Assembly: GCA_016927995.1 (NCBI GenBank)
Contig: JAFGLO010000015.1
Coordinates: forward strand, 3,847 to 67,846
Direction: 5' to 3'
From: Candidatus Dojkabacteria bacterium
GTDB taxonomy: Bacteria > Patescibacteriota > Dojkabacteria > JAFGLO01
Length of the DNA stretch: 64,000 nt
Part shown: piece by piece, positions 7,405-18,789 of the stretch
Layout of the letters: every line of letters begins with the position of its first letter
Numbering within the stretch: the first letter of the stretch is position 1
Position numbers and translations under genes: made by a program
Notes under the pieces: generated by a model
Database searches by the model: none
What the model was told of the DNA's origin: nothing
What the model saw: the letters and a program-made list of their open reading frames with translations, nothing else

Positions 7405-10400
7405 ATGTCGCCTAAGACACCTTTCGCATGGGGTAATTATAAGAGAAGAGGTAAAGTTGAACGAGTGAATCTTGGTTTCGTAAAAAGAATCTCTGATCCA
7501 CCTTCACTTTTAGTTGCTCAGTTTAACTCCTTTGAGTGGTTTAAGCAAGAAGGAATTGACCAACTTTTCTCTTTAGTTAATCCAATTACTGACCCAACCG
7601 GGTCAAAATGGGAAGTTAAATTCCTGGATTTTCGATTTGGTGAACCGAACCGAACCGAAGATGAAGCTCTTCTTCGGGAATTAAGCTATGATGCTCCGGT
7701 TTATTCAACAATTAGACTTACAAACAAGCGTACGGGCATTGTAAAAGAAAAAGAAATTTTTCTTCTAGATTTCCCCGTAATCACTCAAAATGGCGGATTC
7801 GTTCACAATGGTGTTTCTCGAGCTGTTATTCATCAATTGATAAGAGCCGAGGGCGTTTCTTTTATGGAGGCTAAAAACAGTACTCACGATAGGGCTTTGT
7901 ATATGGCGAAATTAAGACCGCAGAGAGGTTCTTGGATCGAGTTTGTTGTAAATAGACAAGGTGTTATTTTTATAAAACTTATGCAGGGCAACGTAAGAAT
8001 TCCTCTTACAATGCTTTTAAAGGCACTCGGTCGTGGTTCTAATAGTGAACTGCTCGAACTTTTTGCCGATGTTGATATAGGTGAAATAAAATACATTGAA
8101 TCTTGTCTAAAGTATGACCTTACTGTAGGGCAGGAAGATGCCGCATTAACCATTTATCGAATGCTTCGTTCAGACGAAACGGTTGGCGTGCAAACCGCAA
8201 TCCGTTACATCCGCGGGCTTTTCTTTGATTCCAGAAAGTTTTACTTGGGCCGAGTGGGTAGGTATCAAATGTGTAAAAAGTTTGGGAAAAAGCTTGTTGA
8301 AAAAGAAAAGTTTTACAAATTAACTGTTGACGATATTATCGATATTTCAAAACGTCTTATTGAAATTAATAACGGTAATGCTCCGATTGACGATATTGAC
8401 GCACTTACAAATAGAAGGATCCGAAGTGTAGGTGAGCTTTTTGTAAGTCAGCTCGAACAAGGCGTTTTGCGAATGGAGAAGAATATTCGTGACCGACTTA
8501 GTATGTATGGTGACGACGCAAAAATTAATCCTAAGCAGGTTGTTAATGCAAAGCCATTAAGATCAGTTGTTGATATGTTTTTAGGAACAAATAGTCTTTC
8601 AAGGTTTATGGATCAGGAAAATATATTAGCCGAACTCGAAAACAAGCGACGTGTTACTGCAAGTGGACAGGGTGGCGTAAGTAGCGATAGAGCCACGTTT
8701 TCAATTCGAGATATCCATTTTTCACAATATGGTCGAATGTGTCCCGTAAAAACTCCTGAAAAAATGAACATTGGTGTTGTTACTCACCTCGGATTGTACT
8801 CAAGAATAAATGACTATGGGTTTATTGAGGTCATGTACAGAGTAGTAAAATCATCACTTAGTGTTGGTAAAGACAGCATCTTAAATAGAATCCCAAGGGA
8901 AGACATAAAAGCCGGTTCTAAAATCCTTATAAAAGCAGGTGAACTAATTACAAACGAAATAGTAAAGTCTGTTGAAAAGGAATTAAAAGGTAAAGATCTT
9001 TTAGTCAGACCTTTTATTACGAATAAAATAATATGGGTCGACCCGTATCAGGAATTAGAATTGGTTTCTGCGCCTTCAACTGTTGAGCAGGACGAACACG
9101 GAAATATTCTTGCCGAAATAATCCCGGCTCGAAACAAAGGCACCTTTGGAAACGTATATGCTAACGAGCTTAATATTGTTGATGTTTCGCCGAGCCAGGT
9201 TGGAAGTGCAAGCTTGGCCCTTATTCCTTTTGCCGGAAATACCGACTCTGCCAGGCTTCTAATGGGTACCAACATGACAAACCAGGCCGTTCCTTTGGTT
9301 ACGCCTGAGGCACCTATTGTTGGTACAGGTTTCGAGAGGTTTGTTGCGAAGGAATCCGGGTGGGGAATTTATGCCGATTTTGACGGCGAAATTACTTACG
9401 TAGATGCAGAAACAATTGAACTTTCCGTGAAAGGACGCCAAAAGCAAAAATATAAGCTAACTCGATTTAAACAGTCTAATCAAAACACTTCATTTACACA
9501 GCTTTCCAAGGTTTCAGTCGGAGATAAAGTTAAAAAGGGTGATCTTTTGGCCGATGGACCATCTATGGCTAACGGTGAATTGTCAATAGGTCGAAATCTT
9601 TTGGTTGCTTACATGTTTATGGATGGGTTTAATTTCGAAGATGGATTTGTAATATCTGACAGGCTTGTTAAACATGACCTTTTAACATCGGTTCATGTTA
9701 GTACTCATAGTGTTGATGTTCGTGAGACCAAGTTGGGACCGGAGGTTATAACTCGAGATATTCCAGGTGTTTCCGAACGAGCTCTAAGACATTTGGATGA
9801 TAATGGAATTGTACGGGTTGGTGCAAATGTTACCGGTGGTGATGTTTTGGTAGGAATAATTGCACCTAAGGGTGAACATGAACTTTCGGCGGAAGAAAAA
9901 CTTTTACGTGCAATCTTTGGTGAACCTTCACGAGAAGTGGCCGATAACTCGCTTAGAGTTCCCTATGGAGAAGACGGGGTTGTTACTAAGGTGCATATTC
10001 TTTCTTCGGAAAAAGGAGACAGATTGAATGCAGGTGTAATTAAACAGGTTAAAGTTTGGATTGCAAGCACAAAGAAGGTTTCATTTGGAGATAAGCTTGC
10101 CGGACGATACGGTGACAAAGGGACTGTAACAAAGATTTTGCCGGCAGAAGATATGCCGTATATCGAGGGTGGACGAACAGTTGATGTTGTACTAAACCCA
10201 CTTGTTATAAAACGTATGAACCTGGGGCAAATTTTGGAAACATATTTTTCTAACGTAGCATATTCTGCAGGTGTTAATGTGGCAATGCCAAGTTTCGAAG
10301 ATTATGACAAGGAATGGTTTAACGGGAAAATAAAAGAATTAGGGCTTTCGGATACAAACAAGGTAAACATGTACGATGGTCGAACCGGTGAAAAGTTTGA

Positions 10401-10815
10401 TCAGCAGGTTGCAGTGGGCTGGCGTTACCTTATGAGACTAAAGCATATTGCAAGTGAAAAGATTCATGCAAGGTCAACGGGTCCATACACTATGGTTACG
10501 CAACAGCCACTTGCAGGTAGGTCTCATAGAGGTGGACAGCGTTTTGGTGAAATGGAAGTATGGGCGCTTGAGGCTTATGGTGCTGCACACACACTTCAGG
10601 AGATGCTTACAATAAAATCAGATGATGTAGATGGACGATCGGCTGCTTACAAAGCGATTCTTAGTGGTGAAAAGGTTGAAGTGGTAAAAGTCCCTGCATC
10701 GTTTTCCGTACTTGTTCGTGAACTTAACTCGTTGGGTCTAAATGTTGAACTTTTAAGAAACCCCAAAGAAGAGTGGCGTTCCGAAGACAAACCGGAACTG
10801 GATACAAATAAATAA
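7405..10815 (+). CDS. rpoB: RNA polymerase beta subunit
   Basis: FMDQEN, YGRMCPVKTPE, GDKLAGR, IHARSTGPY, GGQRFGEMEVWALEAYGAA. Confidence 0.99.
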   Translation: MSPKTPFAWGNYKRRGKVERVNLGFVKRISDPPSLLVAQFNSFEWFKQEGIDQLFSLVNPITDPTGSKWEVKFLDFRFGEPNRTEDEALLRELSYDAPVYSTIRLTNKRTGIVKEKEIFLLDFPVITQNGGFVHNGVSRAVIHQLIRAEGVSFMEAKNSTHDRALYMAKLRPQRGSWIEFVVNRQGVIFIKLMQGNVRIPLTMLLKALGRGSNSELLELFADVDIGEIKYIESCLKYDLTVGQEDAALTIYRMLRSDETVGVQTAIRYIRGLFFDSRKFYLGRVGRYQMCKKFGKKLVEKEKFYKLTVDDIIDISKRLIEINNGNAPIDDIDALTNRRIRSVGELFVSQLEQGVLRMEKNIRDRLSMYGDDAKINPKQVVNAKPLRSVVDMFLGTNSLSRFMDQENILAELENKRRVTASGQGGVSSDRATFSIRDIHFSQYGRMCPVKTPEKMNIGVVTHLGLYSRINDYGFIEVMYRVVKSSLSVGKDSILNRIPREDIKAGSKILIKAGELITNEIVKSVEKELKGKDLLVRPFITNKIIWVDPYQELELVSAPSTVEQDEHGNILAEIIPARNKGTFGNVYANELNIVDVSPSQVGSASLALIPFAGNTDSARLLMGTNMTNQAVPLVTPEAPIVGTGFERFVAKESGWGIYADFDGEITYVDAETIELSVKGRQKQKYKLTRFKQSNQNTSFTQLSKVSVGDKVKKGDLLADGPSMANGELSIGRNLLVAYMFMDGFNFEDGFVISDRLVKHDLLTSVHVSTHSVDVRETKLGPEVITRDIPGVSERALRHLDDNGIVRVGANVTGGDVLVGIIAPKGEHELSAEEKLLRAIFGEPSREVADNSLRVPYGEDGVVTKVHILSSEKGDRLNAGVIKQVKVWIASTKKVSFGDKLAGRYGDKGTVTKILPAEDMPYIEGGRTVDVVLNPLVIKRMNLGQILETYFSNVAYSAGVNVAMPSFEDYDKEWFNGKIKELGLSDTNKVNMYDGRTGEKFDQQVAVGWRYLMRLKHIASEKIHARSTGPYTMVTQQPLAGRSHRGGQRFGEMEVWALEAYGAAHTLQEMLTIKSDDVDGRSAAYKAILSGEKVEVVKVPASFSVLVRELNSLGLNVELLRNPKEEWRSEDKPELDTNK

Positions 10816-10831
10816 TATTTTTTGAATATTT

Positions 10832-13800
10832 ATGTTAGATCTTAGACGGGAGATCAAGAACTTTGACGCGATAAAAATATTACTTGCGTCTCCGGAGGAT
10901 ATACTTAGATGGTCACATGGGGAGGTAACTAAACCCGAAACAATTAACTACCGAACGGGTCGTGCCGAAGTTGATGGACTTATGTGTGAAAAAATTTTCG
11001 GACCTGTGACAAGCTATCAGTGTTATTGTGGAAAATATAGGAAAGCCAGGTATAAAGGAATTGTTTGTGATAAGTGTGGTGTCGAAGTAACCAAGGCTGA
11101 TGTTCGAAGAGAGCGAATGGGTCATATAAAGCTCGTAATCCCGGTTGTACATGTATGGTATGCGCACAGTATTCCAAGCAAGTTATCTATAATCTTGGAT
11201 ATCTCCCAGAAAGACTTAAGATCCGTGATTTATTACACAAGGTTTATTATTACTACAATCGATGAAACAAGGCGAGCCGACGCATTAAAGTTGGTCGAGG
11301 AGTATAGTGAAAAGCGAGTCGGCGAATTAAAAGAAGAGGAAGGTTTAAGGATTAATGATCTTGAAGAGGAGAAGAAGTCCGAAATAAAAGCACTAAAAAA
11401 ACAAAAACTTGATAAAGAAAAATATACGATTCAGGAAGGCTTAATCGATGAGAACTATAAACGACTTGTAGGAGAAGTAAAACGCGATATCAAAGGAGAA
11501 TTAGATGATGTTGAGAATGAAATTCAGCGACTATCTGATCTTGTTAAGAATTTGCGTGTAAAATCAATAATCACCGATGACGAGCACTCTCTAATGAACG
11601 ATGCCGGTATTGATTTCTATTCAGCAATGATTGGCGCCGAGGCAGTTGAACACCTCTTAAAGCAGGTTGATCTTGCTGCCGAGGAGAAAATGCTAAAACA
11701 GAAAATTGTTGATGCCGCAGGAAGACAAAAGGCAAATGATATCCGAAGGCTAAAATACATAACCTCAATGATTAAAAACAAGGTAAAGCCTGAGTGGATG
11801 ATTGTTCACGTTATTCCTGTAATTCCACCTGACTTAAGGCCTATAATCGGATTAACCGGTGGTCGATATGCCGTTTCGGATCTAAATGATCTTTATAGAA
11901 GGGTTATTAACAGAAACAACCGACTAAAGCGCTTGATCGAAATAAATGCACCCGAAGTTATTTTGCGGAATGAAAAGCGGATGCTTCAGGAATCAATTGA
12001 TTCACTAATCGATAATGCACACACACCACACAAGCCGGTACTTAATTCAAAGAGAATTGCGTATAAATCACTTACGGATCAACTTCGTGGTAAAAAGGGT
12101 AGATTCAGAAGGAACTTACTAGGTAAGCGTGTTGACTATTCCGGACGTGCAGTTATTACCGGGGATCCAACGTTAAGTCTTTACGAATGTGGAATTCCGA
12201 AAGTAATGGCACTTGAACTTTTTAAGCCGTTTATTATTCACGAGCTTATTGATCAGGGTCATGCAATTAACGTTCACGAGGCGAAGCGTATTATAAATGA
12301 TGAGGAAGTAATCGTTTGGGATACTCTCGAGAAAATTCTAAAGGATCGCCCCGTTCTACTTAATAGACCACCAACACTTCATAAACAGAGTTTACAAGGG
12401 TTCTATGTTAAGCTTGTAGAGGGAAGTGCAATCAGGTTTCATCCGTTAGTTTGCGGAGGATACAATGCTGACTTCGATGGCGACCAAATGGGAGTTTTTG
12501 TTCCACTTACCGACGAGGCTGTAGAGGAAATAAAAACCAAAATGCTAACAAAGTACAACATTCTTAAACTTGCAAACGGTGAATCCGTAATTTCTTTGTC
12601 AAAAGATATGGTTTGGGGTGTTTATTATATAACTCAGGATCCGGTTGATAAGCCCAAGCGAGTTTTTGCGGATACTGATTCTGCAGTTGGTGCCTTTGAG
12701 GCTGGTTTTCTTGGAATTAGAGATCCTGTCGTTACCGAGACAAAAGCCGGAGTTATCGAAACAACCGTTGGTAGAGTTTTGTTTAACGAAGTTTTTCCCA
12801 ACGAAATCCCTTACATAAACGAGCTTATGAATAAGCGAAAAATTAATAATATAATTGCTGAGTTTGCCGAGACAATGGATCCCGACCTGTTGGTTAGTCT
12901 TCTTGACGGACTAAAGAACTTAAGCTTTAAATATGCCACCGTCTCGGGATTTACAATTGGAAAGTCCGATCTGACTTCATATCAGGGCAAGCTTGGCGAG
13001 ATTGATAATGCTACAAAATCCGAGTCAGAGATTCTTGAAAATTATGAAGAGGGACTTATTACTCAAGAAGAGAAAGAAAGATTGATTCAGGAACTTTGGC
13101 TTGATACAACAGAGAATCTTGCCAACAAATCATGGGAAGATCTTCAAAAGAATGTTGAAAACTCGGTTTATATGCAGATAGAGGCCAAACTATCGGGAAC
13201 GATTGACAACTTAAAGCAGGTAGTTGCTATAAAAGGACTTGTTCGAGATCCTTCCGGTAAGTGGGTGAACCTTCCAATTAAAAGTAATTATACCGATGGA
13301 CTTTCCGTTTTCGAATTCTTTGTTGCGGCACGTGGTGGACGCAAGGGTCTTGCCGATACGGCATTAAGAACTGCCGATAGTGGATATTTAACAAGAAAGC
13401 TTGTTGATGTATCGCACACATCAATTGTTCGCATGGATGATTGCGGATACTCCGGCGAGGGTGTTGAACTTCACAAGAACTCTGCGCGTGAAATTGATTA
13501 TTATTCAAACATTAAAGGAAGAACAGTAGCTGAAGATATTGTCGACCCCAAAACCAAAAAAGTTATTCTTAAAAAGAACGAAGTTATTGACAGAGATATC
13601 GCTAAATTTATTGATCAATGCGAAAAGATAGAGTCAATAAAGGTAAGATCACCACTTTTATGTGAATCTCCGGTTGGACTTTGTCAGAAGTGTTATGGAT
13701 CTGATATTGGTACAGGAAAATTGGTTGAAATCGGAAAAGCCGTTGGAGTTATTGCATCGCAGTCTGTAGGTGAAGCTTCAACGCAGATGACGCTTCGAAC

Positions 13801-14737
13801 TTTTCACTTTGGCGGTTCTAAAGTTAAAGATATTACCCAGGGTGTGCCTAAGCTTGTTGAACTTTTCGAGGTTAGAAATCCAAAGTTTGCTGCCAAATTG
13901 TCCTCGTTAACCGGAAAGGTTAGCCTTAGGAAAACCAAGGCTACAACTGTTGTTGAAATAAATGGCCGAAAGCAGCAAAAGATAAGATATATTATTGAAG
14001 GTGTAAAAGAAATAAACGTAAAAGATGGGGATAACGTCAAAAAGGGAGAAGATCTTTTCAAGATTGACGACAAAAAGAAAGTTATTGCCGTTATGGACGG
14101 AGAGGTTTTTCTGTCGGGTGACGTACTTACTCTGACAGGTGAGGTTTCTTCCGTGGAGCGGTTTAGATTTAGAGAAACGACACAGGTTATAGTAAAAGAT
14201 GGTGATAAAATAAAGGCCGGTGATCCCATAACCGAAGGTAACATTCCTCCTAAAGACCTTTTTGATGTAACTGACATTATTACAACTCAAAAGTTTATAA
14301 TAGAAGAATTGCAAAGAGTGTATAAAGATCAGGGTATTGAAATAAGTGATAAGCACCTCGAGGTACTTGTCAGGCAGATGAGTAAGAACGCATTAATAAT
14401 TCATCCGGGTGACAGTGACTATGTAATTGGTGAGGTAGGCGATAAATACTTAATGAAGCTTAAGAATGAAATACTTATGAAGTCCGAAAAACGTCCAATT
14501 GTTTTTGAACCATTGTTAATTGGCGTAACGGCATCATCACTTAGGGCCGAAGGAATTTTATCGGCACTTTCGTTCCAGGAGCAGGTAAGAGTATTAACGG
14601 ATGCTTCATTAAAGGGTACGGTTGATCACTTGGTTGGATTCAAAGAAAATGTAATAATTGGAAGGTTGATTCCAACAGGCGAAGATGCTCGGATAAAAGC
14701 ACCGGAGGATCTTCCTTACGTAAAAGGACTTGTTTGA
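10832..14737 (+). CDS. rpoC: RNA polymerase beta' subunit
   Basis: Zn finger [25 protein letters not shown], catalytic NADFDGD. Confidence 0.99.
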   Translation: MLDLRREIKNFDAIKILLASPEDILRWSHGEVTKPETINYRTGRAEVDGLMCEKIFGPVTSYQCYCGKYRKARYKGIVCDKCGVEVTKADVRRERMGHIKLVIPVVHVWYAHSIPSKLSIILDISQKDLRSVIYYTRFIITTIDETRRADALKLVEEYSEKRVGELKEEEGLRINDLEEEKKSEIKALKKQKLDKEKYTIQEGLIDENYKRLVGEVKRDIKGELDDVENEIQRLSDLVKNLRVKSIITDDEHSLMNDAGIDFYSAMIGAEAVEHLLKQVDLAAEEKMLKQKIVDAAGRQKANDIRRLKYITSMIKNKVKPEWMIVHVIPVIPPDLRPIIGLTGGRYAVSDLNDLYRRVINRNNRLKRLIEINAPEVILRNEKRMLQESIDSLIDNAHTPHKPVLNSKRIAYKSLTDQLRGKKGRFRRNLLGKRVDYSGRAVITGDPTLSLYECGIPKVMALELFKPFIIHELIDQGHAINVHEAKRIINDEEVIVWDTLEKILKDRPVLLNRPPTLHKQSLQGFYVKLVEGSAIRFHPLVCGGYNADFDGDQMGVFVPLTDEAVEEIKTKMLTKYNILKLANGESVISLSKDMVWGVYYITQDPVDKPKRVFADTDSAVGAFEAGFLGIRDPVVTETKAGVIETTVGRVLFNEVFPNEIPYINELMNKRKINNIIAEFAETMDPDLLVSLLDGLKNLSFKYATVSGFTIGKSDLTSYQGKLGEIDNATKSESEILENYEEGLITQEEKERLIQELWLDTTENLANKSWEDLQKNVENSVYMQIEAKLSGTIDNLKQVVAIKGLVRDPSGKWVNLPIKSNYTDGLSVFEFFVAARGGRKGLADTALRTADSGYLTRKLVDVSHTSIVRMDDCGYSGEGVELHKNSAREIDYYSNIKGRTVAEDIVDPKTKKVILKKNEVIDRDIAKFIDQCEKIESIKVRSPLLCESPVGLCQKCYGSDIGTGKLVEIGKAVGVIASQSVGEASTQMTLRTFHFGGSKVKDITQGVPKLVELFEVRNPKFAAKLSSLTGKVSLRKTKATTVVEINGRKQQKIRYIIEGVKEINVKDGDNVKKGEDLFKIDDKKKVIAVMDGEVFLSGDVLTLTGEVSSVERFRFRETTQVIVKDGDKIKAGDPITEGNIPPKDLFDVTDIITTQKFIIEELQRVYKDQGIEISDKHLEVLVRQMSKNALIIHPGDSDYVIGEVGDKYLMKLKNEILMKSEKRPIVFEPLLIGVTASSLRAEGILSALSFQEQVRVLTDASLKGTVDHLVGFKENVIIGRLIPTGEDARIKAPEDLPYVKGLV

Positions 14738-14789
14738 TAAAGTCCCTAAAATATGGTATAAATACGAGCTAAATTTTGTTCTACAGAAC

Positions 14790-15203
14790 GTGCCAACAAT
14801 TAACCAGTTAATAAGAAACGGTAGAAAAAAGGTTACCAGAAGAAAGAAATATAGAGATCTTGCTATTGACCACAATAAGATTAAAAATAAATATACAGAA
14901 AGGGCTAATCCCTTTAAACGAGCAGTTGTTTTACAGGTTAAGACGATGACACCTAAAAAACCTAACTCTGCAACACGAAAAATTGCAAGGGTTAGACTTG
15001 CTAACGGTCGAGAGGTTACTGCATATATTCCCGGTATAGAGCATTCCATCCAAGAGCACGCCGTTGTGCTTGTTAAGGCCGGTCGAAAGCAAGATTTACC
15101 TGGTGTAAGGTATCAAATTGTTCGTGGCGTATATGATGTCGAGGGTGTTGTTAACAGAAAACAGAGTAGGTCAATATATGGAGTTAAAAAATCAAAAGAT
15201 TAA
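14790..15203 (+). CDS. rpsL: 30S ribosomal protein S12
   Basis: GTG start giving MPTINQL; [15 protein letters not shown]. Confidence 0.98.
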   Translation: MPTINQLIRNGRKKVTRRKKYRDLAIDHNKIKNKYTERANPFKRAVVLQVKTMTPKKPNSATRKIARVRLANGREVTAYIPGIEHSIQEHAVVLVKAGRKQDLPGVRYQIVRGVYDVEGVVNRKQSRSIYGVKKSKD

Positions 15204-15223
15204 TTATTAGTTGTTTTAAATAA

Positions 15224-15691
15224 ATGAGAGGAAAACGTGCAAAGCACCGAAAACCAATTCCAGATGTAAAGTACCAGAGTGTGTCGGTTGAGAGACTTAT
15301 CAATCGGGTCATGCAGGGTGGTAAAAAAACTCAAGCCACAAAAGCTGTTTATTATGCAATGGAGCAGGCAGCTTCAAAGTTAAATGAATCGGCTCTTGTT
15401 GTTCTGGAAAGGTCATTAAACAATATAAAGCCCGTAGTTGAACTTAGATCACGTAGAGTTGGTGGTGCTAACTACAGCGTTCCGGTTCCCGTAACCGAAG
15501 CTCGACAAGAAACATTAGCAATTCGTTGGCTTGTTGAAACCGCCAGAACAGCCAAAGGCATAAAGTTTAGGGAATCACTACTTTCAGAGCTTGTTGCAGC
15601 GTATAACGGTTCGGGAGAAGCCGTCAAAAAGCGTGAAGGTGTCGAAAAAATGGCTGAAGCAAACAGAGCCTTTGCTCACTTTAAGTGGTAA
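15224..15691 (+). CDS. rpsG: 30S ribosomal protein S7
   Basis: SRRVGGANYSVP, MAEANRAFAHF. Confidence 0.98.
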   Translation: MRGKRAKHRKPIPDVKYQSVSVERLINRVMQGGKKTQATKAVYYAMEQAASKLNESALVVLERSLNNIKPVVELRSRRVGGANYSVPVPVTEARQETLAIRWLVETARTAKGIKFRESLLSELVAAYNGSGEAVKKREGVEKMAEANRAFAHFKW

Positions 15692-15834
15692 ATTCAATAT
15701 TCAGTTAGTAGTATGCAACTCGTAAATCCAGGTATACGATTTCTTTAGGTGATGTTTGGTGTAGCTACATGAACTTGATATTTTCCTTATTATTTCTTAT
15801 ACTTTAGAAGATCATTACTTTTACTGCCTAATGC

Positions 15835-16371
15835 ATGTATAGCGATAGCATAAACTTGTTAAGTCCATCAACTGTTCCCAAAAACAAGAAAGACGTCTTT
15901 CTAAATTGGATATTACTTTGGGGTAGAATTCTATCACTCATTACCGCTGCTTTCCTCATAGGAGTCTTTGTCTATCGACTGTATTTGGATACCAAACGTA
16001 ATAAACTTGAGGAAGATGTTGATTCATACATAATAACGTTAAATCACATGAAGGAAAAAGAGATCGAGGTTTTGACCCTTCAAAAAATATTGGCGGAGGT
16101 ATCTTATTTAAAGGCCGGGCAGGGATTAATAACTGACAGGCTATTTATAATTACAGAATATCTGTCCGACGTTGAGCTTGAAATAGTAGCAATGACTCAG
16201 GAGAGAGCAGATTTTGAATTTATTGTTGATAGCTACGAAGAATTATACGAAATAGAAAGTAAGATGCGTGAAGATAGTCGAATCCAAAGTCCCGGACCAA
16301 GCTTTAGTGTTGATGAAACAATCAAAACAGACTCGGAGATTCGAGTTGTTGGTGTAGTTAAGTTTGAATAA
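15835..16371 (+). CDS. PilN-like type IV pilus alignment protein
   Basis: N-terminal INLL motif, one TM helix, coiled coil, then an alpha/beta domain; precedes a PilO-like gene. Confidence 0.6.
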   Translation: MYSDSINLLSPSTVPKNKKDVFLNWILLWGRILSLITAAFLIGVFVYRLYLDTKRNKLEEDVDSYIITLNHMKEKEIEVLTLQKILAEVSYLKAGQGLITDRLFIITEYLSDVELEIVAMTQERADFEFIVDSYEELYEIESKMREDSRIQSPGPSFSVDETIKTDSEIRVVGVVKFE

Positions 16372-16389
16372 TTAAAAGTCGTAAATACG

Positions 16390-17079
16390 ATGCCAGATAA
16401 CATACAAAATCCCGAAATAACTCAGCAGCCGGTAGCAATGGTAGCGCCTGCACAGGGAATGAAAATACAGGAAATAAGATCCGGAACCTATGCAACCCTT
16501 AGGCGGATATTTCTGTCTACACCGGAACGAAAATCGTATACAATGCTAGGATTAACACTTATTGCCGTTGTTATTGTTATTGTGTTTGTTATTAGACCTA
16601 TGCTGATTACCATAGCCGATCGAAGAACGGAGATATCTATTCTTACAACGGACAGTAAATTTCTTAATGAACGTATAAGTACCGTTTTATCAATTCAGGA
16701 AGATATGGCACGTTATAAGGATGAACTCTCAACATTTTTCGATTATTTTCCCGGTGATCAAAATATAAGTGAGATTCTTAGGGACTTATTTTTTTCTGCA
16801 GAAAACCTGGGGCTTACAGTAGTGGATATTAGTGCCGGTAGGGCTGATTATCTTGAAAATACGTCAACTGCACTTGTTCCGGGTTGGTTAACGGTTACGG
16901 TTTGGGGTACAAATTTTGACAGCATTCTTGGTTATATAAATGAGGTCGAGGACATGCCAAACTATCCGTCAGTTGAGCAGATTACGATAACCGTAGATGA
17001 TGGGATGTACAGACTTATATGCAGAGTTCCGATAAGTACCGTTAATTCCAATATTATATTATTTAAAGAAACCCAGTAG
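16390..17079 (+). CDS. PilO-like type IV pilus alignment protein
   Basis: TM plus coiled coil; FPGDQNISEILRDL..A...GLTVVDIS; FDSILGYINEVEDMP. Confidence 0.65.
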   Translation: MPDNIQNPEITQQPVAMVAPAQGMKIQEIRSGTYATLRRIFLSTPERKSYTMLGLTLIAVVIVIVFVIRPMLITIADRRTEISILTTDSKFLNERISTVLSIQEDMARYKDELSTFFDYFPGDQNISEILRDLFFSAENLGLTVVDISAGRADYLENTSTALVPGWLTVTVWGTNFDSILGYINEVEDMPNYPSVEQITITVDDGMYRLICRVPISTVNSNIILFKETQ

Positions 17080-17265
17080 GTGAGAGCAAACGTAATAATT
17101 ATTCTTGCACTCCTAATTTCGGGATTAGTAGGAAGTCTTATTTTGGAAATTGCTTTCAAAGTTGAAAAATATGACTCGTCCAGAATAAACGATTTAAGAT
17201 CAGCTCAAATGGAGTCAAGTCTTGATCTCGAGCTTGTGTTTGATGTAGTTAGCCGATCTAGATAG
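17080..17265 (+). CDS. Small membrane-anchored hypothetical protein
   Basis: GTG abuts the upstream stop; N-terminal hydrophobic helix. Confidence 0.55.
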   Translation: MRANVIIILALLISGLVGSLILEIAFKVEKYDSSRINDLRSAQMESSLDLELVFDVVSRSR

Positions 17266-17270
17266 TAATT

Positions 17271-18374
17271 CTAAATGGTTTTTGTAATGTATTTATCGAG
17301 CTGTTGTTTTTTACTCATTTCTTTTAACTTTTTAAGGGCTTTTGCTTCAATTTGTCTTATCCGCTCGCGAGTTACGTTAAACTGAAGCCCTACCTCTTCG
17401 AGTGTCCTCGAGATTCCATCCCTAAGACCAAAGCGAAGTCTTAATACCTCTGCTTCACGTTGTGGAAGTTGATCCAAAAGAGAGGCCAACTGAGCTCTTA
17501 GAAGCTCCTGTTCCGCAAAATCCTCGGGAGATATTGATTCTTCATCGGCTATCATTTCCTCTAGTACACTTTTATCGTCATCTTGGAGTGTAGTAGTAAG
17601 TGAAATAGGAAGTCGAGCAACTTTTATTACCTGTTCAACCTTTGAAGCCTCTATCTCCATTTTTTCGGACAGTTCATCGATTGAAGGCTTTCTCCCAAGT
17701 TCCGCAGAAAGTTCTGCGTTTACTCTTGCAAGTTTGTTTATTGTTTCAATCATATGAACGGGTACACGAATAGTTCTTGCCTGATCAGCTATTGCACGTG
17801 TAATAGCTTGTCTTATCCACCAAGTTGCATAGGTAGAAAGTTTGAAACCACGCTTGTAATCGAACTTTTCAATGGCTTTAATTAAGCCGACATTTCCCTC
17901 TTGAATAAGATCAAGTAGGTCCATCTGACCCTTTGAATATTTTTTAGCAATACTAACAACTAACCTTAGGTTGGCCTTTATTAGTAAATCTTTTGCCTCG
18001 GAATCACCTTCTGCATAACGTTTTGCCAAGATAACTTCTTCTTCGGCAGTAAGAAGAGGGATCTTTCCGATCTGATGAAGATACGCTCTAATTGCGTCTT
18101 TTGAGGCATCGGCTTGGATACTTTTTAGAATTTCGAGTTTCTTTTCAAAAGTGATATCTGTGGATTTTGTTGTGGTTTCGCCTGTGGATTCTTCTTGATC
18201 GATTATTGCAACGCCCTCATTTTCAAAGAGTGCCAGGATTTCTTCGAGGGTATTAATATCATCCTCGATGGTCAAAAACTCTGAAAGGATATCATCTTGA
18301 GTAAGAAAGCCTTGAGCTTTTCCCTTTTCCAAAAGCGCCTTAATACTAACGTTTTTCTGCAAATTGTCTTTCAT
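17271..18374 (-). CDS. rpoD: Primary sigma factor RpoD/SigA
   Basis: [60 protein letters not shown]. Confidence 0.98.
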   Translation of the reverse strand: MKDNLQKNVSIKALLEKGKAQGFLTQDDILSEFLTIEDDINTLEEILALFENEGVAIIDQEESTGETTTKSTDITFEKKLEILKSIQADASKDAIRAYLHQIGKIPLLTAEEEVILAKRYAEGDSEAKDLLIKANLRLVVSIAKKYSKGQMDLLDLIQEGNVGLIKAIEKFDYKRGFKLSTYATWWIRQAITRAIADQARTIRVPVHMIETINKLARVNAELSAELGRKPSIDELSEKMEIEASKVEQVIKVARLPISLTTTLQDDDKSVLEEMIADEESISPEDFAEQELLRAQLASLLDQLPQREAEVLRLRFGLRDGISRTLEEVGLQFNVTRERIRQIEAKALKKLKEMSKKQQLDKYITKTI

Positions 18375-18449
18375 ACCGCTTGAAATTTGTTAAGTAAATG
18401 TCGTAATATATTATACGGGTTAGATATAACATGTGCAACGTTGTCTTAC

Positions 18450-18779
18450 ATGGATAAAAAGGCGTTACTAAACATTGCTGCAAAGTTCTGTGATAGGTGT
18501 GGCAGTCCATACAATCCCGAAGATCTTGATGTTGTAAAAGAGTTTGGGGGCACATTAATTTTGATGCTTAGGTGTCATAACTGTGGAGTCTCTCACATGG
18601 TAAACATTGCATTAAACAAAGGGGTTGGTACACGGTTTATGTTAAATACCGATCTTATGGTTGATGAAATGAAACGGGTTCCAATAGGTAGGGCAATCAC
18701 CTCAAATGAAATGCTGGACCTTCACGCCGATCTTGCAAAAAAGATTAAAACCATAAAAAATCTTAAAGAGCAATTCTAG
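18450..18779 (+). CDS. Zn-ribbon hypothetical protein
   Basis: CDRCG and CHNCG pairs; start moved to ATG 18450. Confidence 0.7.
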   Translation: MDKKALLNIAAKFCDRCGSPYNPEDLDVVKEFGGTLILMLRCHNCGVSHMVNIALNKGVGTRFMLNTDLMVDEMKRVPIGRAITSNEMLDLHADLAKKIKTIKNLKEQF

Positions 18780-18789
18780 GGAAACAAAT

